DNA of 64,000 nt from Oscillospiraceae bacterium (lineage in GTDB: Bacteria > Bacillota > Clostridia > Oscillospirales > UBA929): assembly GCA_031265355.1 (NCBI GenBank), contig JAISCT010000064.1:1254-65253 (forward strand), given 5' to 3'. Under the pieces are notes generated by a model. The model was not told where the DNA came from. It worked only from the letters and a program-made list of their open reading frames with translations, and did not search any database. How positions within the stretch are numbered: the stretch's first letter is position 1; each line of letters begins with the position of its first letter. This document shows, piece by piece, positions 61,934-64,000 of this stretch. A program made the translations under genes and the position numbers.

Positions 61934-64000
61934 ATGAAAACGCAGACTCTCATCATTCGCGAAATCCGCAAGCGCGACGGACGGATGACTTCCTTTGATC
62001 TGGGCAAAATCTCCTCCGCCATCTCGCGCGCCTTCATGGCCACCCATCACAACGCCCGTTTGGAGGAGTCCGAGCGTCTGGCCTACGAGGTGGCTGCTCT
62101 GCTGAACGAGGAGGGCCCACAGGCCCCCGATGTCGAGCACATCCAGGACACGGTGGAGCGGGCGCTCATCGAAAACGGCTACGTGCAGACCGCCAAAGCT
62201 TACATCCTCTACCGCGCCGAGCGTTCGCGCGTGCGCGAGATGAACACCCGGCTGATGAAGATCTACGAGGACATCACCTTCCGCGACGCCTCCGACTCCG
62301 ACATCAAGCGAGAAAACGCCAACATCGACGGCGACACCGCCATGGGCGCCATGCTGAAGTACGGTTCCGAGGGCGCCAAGCAGTTCTACGAGATGTTTGT
62401 CCTAAAACCGGAACACTCCGCCGCCCACCGCGAGGGCGACATCCACATCCATGACCTCGACTTTCTGACGCTGACTACCACCTGCTGCCAGATCGACATC
62501 GTCAAACTGTTTCAAAACGGGTTTTCCACCGGTCACGGCACGCTCCGCGAGCCAAACCATATCTCATCTTACACGGCGCTCTGCTGCATTGCCATCCAGT
62601 CGAACCAAAACGACCAGCACGGGGGCCAGAGCGTGGTCAATTTTGACTACGGCATGGCGCTGGGCGTGGCCAAGACCTATGTCCACCTCTACCGGGAGAA
62701 TCTGGCCCGGGCGCTGGAAATGCTCGCCGGGCTTGAGGACGCGGAGGCGCGCGTGCGCGCCGTGATGGCGGCGCTCCTCGTCGAAACGGGCCTGCGGCCC
62801 ACGATGGCGGGCAGCGACGACTACCGCGCCGCTGAGCACGCGCGCTGGCTGCCCGAGATAAAGGAGGACACCCTGACCTGTGCGCAGGCCTTTGCCGAGG
62901 CCCACGCGCTGAAGGAAGCGGACCACGCCACCTACAAGGCCATGGTCGCCTTCATCCACAACCTCAATACGATGCATTCCCGCGCCGGCGCCCAGACGCC
63001 CTTCTCCTCCGTCAACTACGGTCTGGACACCTCCCCAGAGGGGCGCATGGTGATCAAAAACGTATTGCTCGCCACCGAGGCCGGGTTGGGGCACGGGGAA
63101 ACTCCGATTTTTCCGATCCAAATCTTCCGAGTCAAATCCGGCGTCAGTTTCAATCCGGGTGATCCGAACTACGACCTCTTCAAATTGGCCTGCCGCGTCA
63201 GCGCCTCGCGCCTGTTCCCCAATTTCTCTTTCCAGGACGCGCCTTTCAACGCCGCCTACTACAAAGAGGGCCAGCCGGAAACCGAGATCGCCTACATGGG
63301 CTGCCGCACCCGGGTGATCGCCAATGTGTACGACCCCGGAAACGAGATCTCCAACGGACGCGGCAACCTCTCGTTCACGAGCATCAATCTGCCCCGTCTG
63401 GCCATCAAGGCCAAGGAAGATGTGTCGGCTTTCTTCGAAGATCTGGAGCGCAAGATGAATCTGTGCATCGATCAGCTCTACGAGCGCTTTCTCATCCAAG
63501 CCCGCAAGAAGGTGCGCAACTTCCCGTTTCTCATGGGCGAGGGCGTGTGGATTGGCTCGGAGGCACTCGACTGGGACGACGAAGTGGGCCAGGTACTGCG
63601 GCACGGCACATTGACCGTCGGCTTCATCGGGTTGGCGGAGGCCCTGAAGGCGCTCATCGGCGTGCACCACGGAGAGTCCGAAAAGGCGCAGAATCTGGGA
63701 CTTGAGATCATCAGCAGCATGCGCGCCCGGCTGGATGAGGAGAGCCGCCGCCGGCAGATGAATTTCACGCTGATCGCTACGCCGGCCGAGGGCCTCTCCG
63801 GGCGCTTTGTCAAGTTGGACCGCGCGCGCTTCGGCCTCATCGAGGGTGTGACGGACCGCGACTACTACACAAATAGCTTCCATGTGCCGGTTTATTTTCC
63901 GACAACTGCGTTTGAGAAGATTCGCTTGGAGGCTCCTTATCACGCGCTCACCAACGCCGGACACATCACCTATGTGGAGATGGACGGCGATCCACTGCAA
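61934..64000 (+). CDS. nrdD: Anaerobic ribonucleoside-triphosphate reductase (class III), 3'-truncated by window edge; absent from the ORF track
   Basis: ATG 61934 lies 8 nt after AGGAG, and the frame stays open to base 64000 (689 codons). It has an N-terminal ATP-cone (IIREIRKRDGRMTSFDLGKISSAISRAF) and NrdD blocks (GDIHIHDLDF, QTPFSSVNYG, MGCRTR). Confidence 0.9.
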   Translation, partial: MKTQTLIIREIRKRDGRMTSFDLGKISSAISRAFMATHHNARLEESERLAYEVAALLNEEGPQAPDVEHIQDTVERALIENGYVQTAKAYILYRAERSRVREMNTRLMKIYEDITFRDASDSDIKRENANIDGDTAMGAMLKYGSEGAKQFYEMFVLKPEHSAAHREGDIHIHDLDFLTLTTTCCQIDIVKLFQNGFSTGHGTLREPNHISSYTALCCIAIQSNQNDQHGGQSVVNFDYGMALGVAKTYVHLYRENLARALEMLAGLEDAEARVRAVMAALLVETGLRPTMAGSDDYRAAEHARWLPEIKEDTLTCAQAFAEAHALKEADHATYKAMVAFIHNLNTMHSRAGAQTPFSSVNYGLDTSPEGRMVIKNVLLATEAGLGHGETPIFPIQIFRVKSGVSFNPGDPNYDLFKLACRVSASRLFPNFSFQDAPFNAAYYKEGQPETEIAYMGCRTRVIANVYDPGNEISNGRGNLSFTSINLPRLAIKAKEDVSAFFEDLERKMNLCIDQLYERFLIQARKKVRNFPFLMGEGVWIGSEALDWDDEVGQVLRHGTLTVGFIGLAEALKALIGVHHGESEKAQNLGLEIISSMRARLDEESRRRQMNFTLIATPAEGLSGRFVKLDRARFGLIEGVTDRDYYTNSFHVPVYFPTTAFEKIRLEAPYHALTNAGHITYVEMDGDPLQ

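Noticed and set aside
62564-64000. 478-aa minus-strand ORF at the window end
   Set aside because: It is antisense to the nrdD reading frame (61934 to the edge). nrdD has an RBS, an ATP-cone and class III RNR motifs, whereas the minus-strand ORF has none.
1-64000. Search for CRISPR arrays, tRNA/rRNA genes, transposases, integrases, prophage or toxin-antitoxin modules
   Set aside because: I found no regularly spaced direct repeats, no cloverleaf-like or rRNA-like segments in the intergenic regions, and no recombinase or transposase motifs in any long ORF. The only dispersed repeat is the ~70-nt double-hairpin element reported above.

Overview
This is a 64-kb chromosomal segment with high G+C (about 65% by eye). 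Its gene content and order look like a high-GC Clostridia-type Firmicute: yqeK-nadD-rsfS-leuS, smc-ftsY, ecfA-ecfT-truA, yceD-rpmF, DUF512-der-plsY, SLH and LCP wall proteins, fhs-folD and nrdD. This taxonomic call is inference. I recognised no rRNA, tRNA, CRISPR array, transposase or integrase. Most genes are housekeeping, and nearly all long ORFs lying opposite them are GC-driven antisense artefacts. Three real genes are missing from the ORF track. They are rpsU (59 aa), an OadG-like 48-aa membrane peptide, and nrdD, which runs off the 3' edge. The main findings are listed here. (1) A cobalamin riboswitch with its own promoter, aptamer and intrinsic terminator drives a 1408-aa SLH-anchored surface protein carrying a transcobalamin-like (DUF4430) module, a candidate wall-anchored B12-capture system. 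(2) A ~2475-aa Cgs/NdvB-type cyclic beta-1,2-glucan synthase homologue sits in a monoderm-type context and carries an internal 33-bp in-frame tandem duplication. (3) A collagen-like (GXY) gene has an early stop, and a +1-frame tail ends just before the terminator. (4) A ~70-nt double-hairpin intergenic element is present twice, in inverted orientation, 32 kb apart. (5) A Cheo (LexA) box plus an abutting palindrome precede a radical-SAM/DUF4130 putative DNA-repair pair. (6) A low-GC orphan gene encodes a membrane-anchored 565-aa protein. (7) A DUF2975-XRE-B12-radical-SAM operon has a perfect 17-bp inverted repeat abutting its promoter. All product calls come from motif recognition by eye, because no database search could be run.
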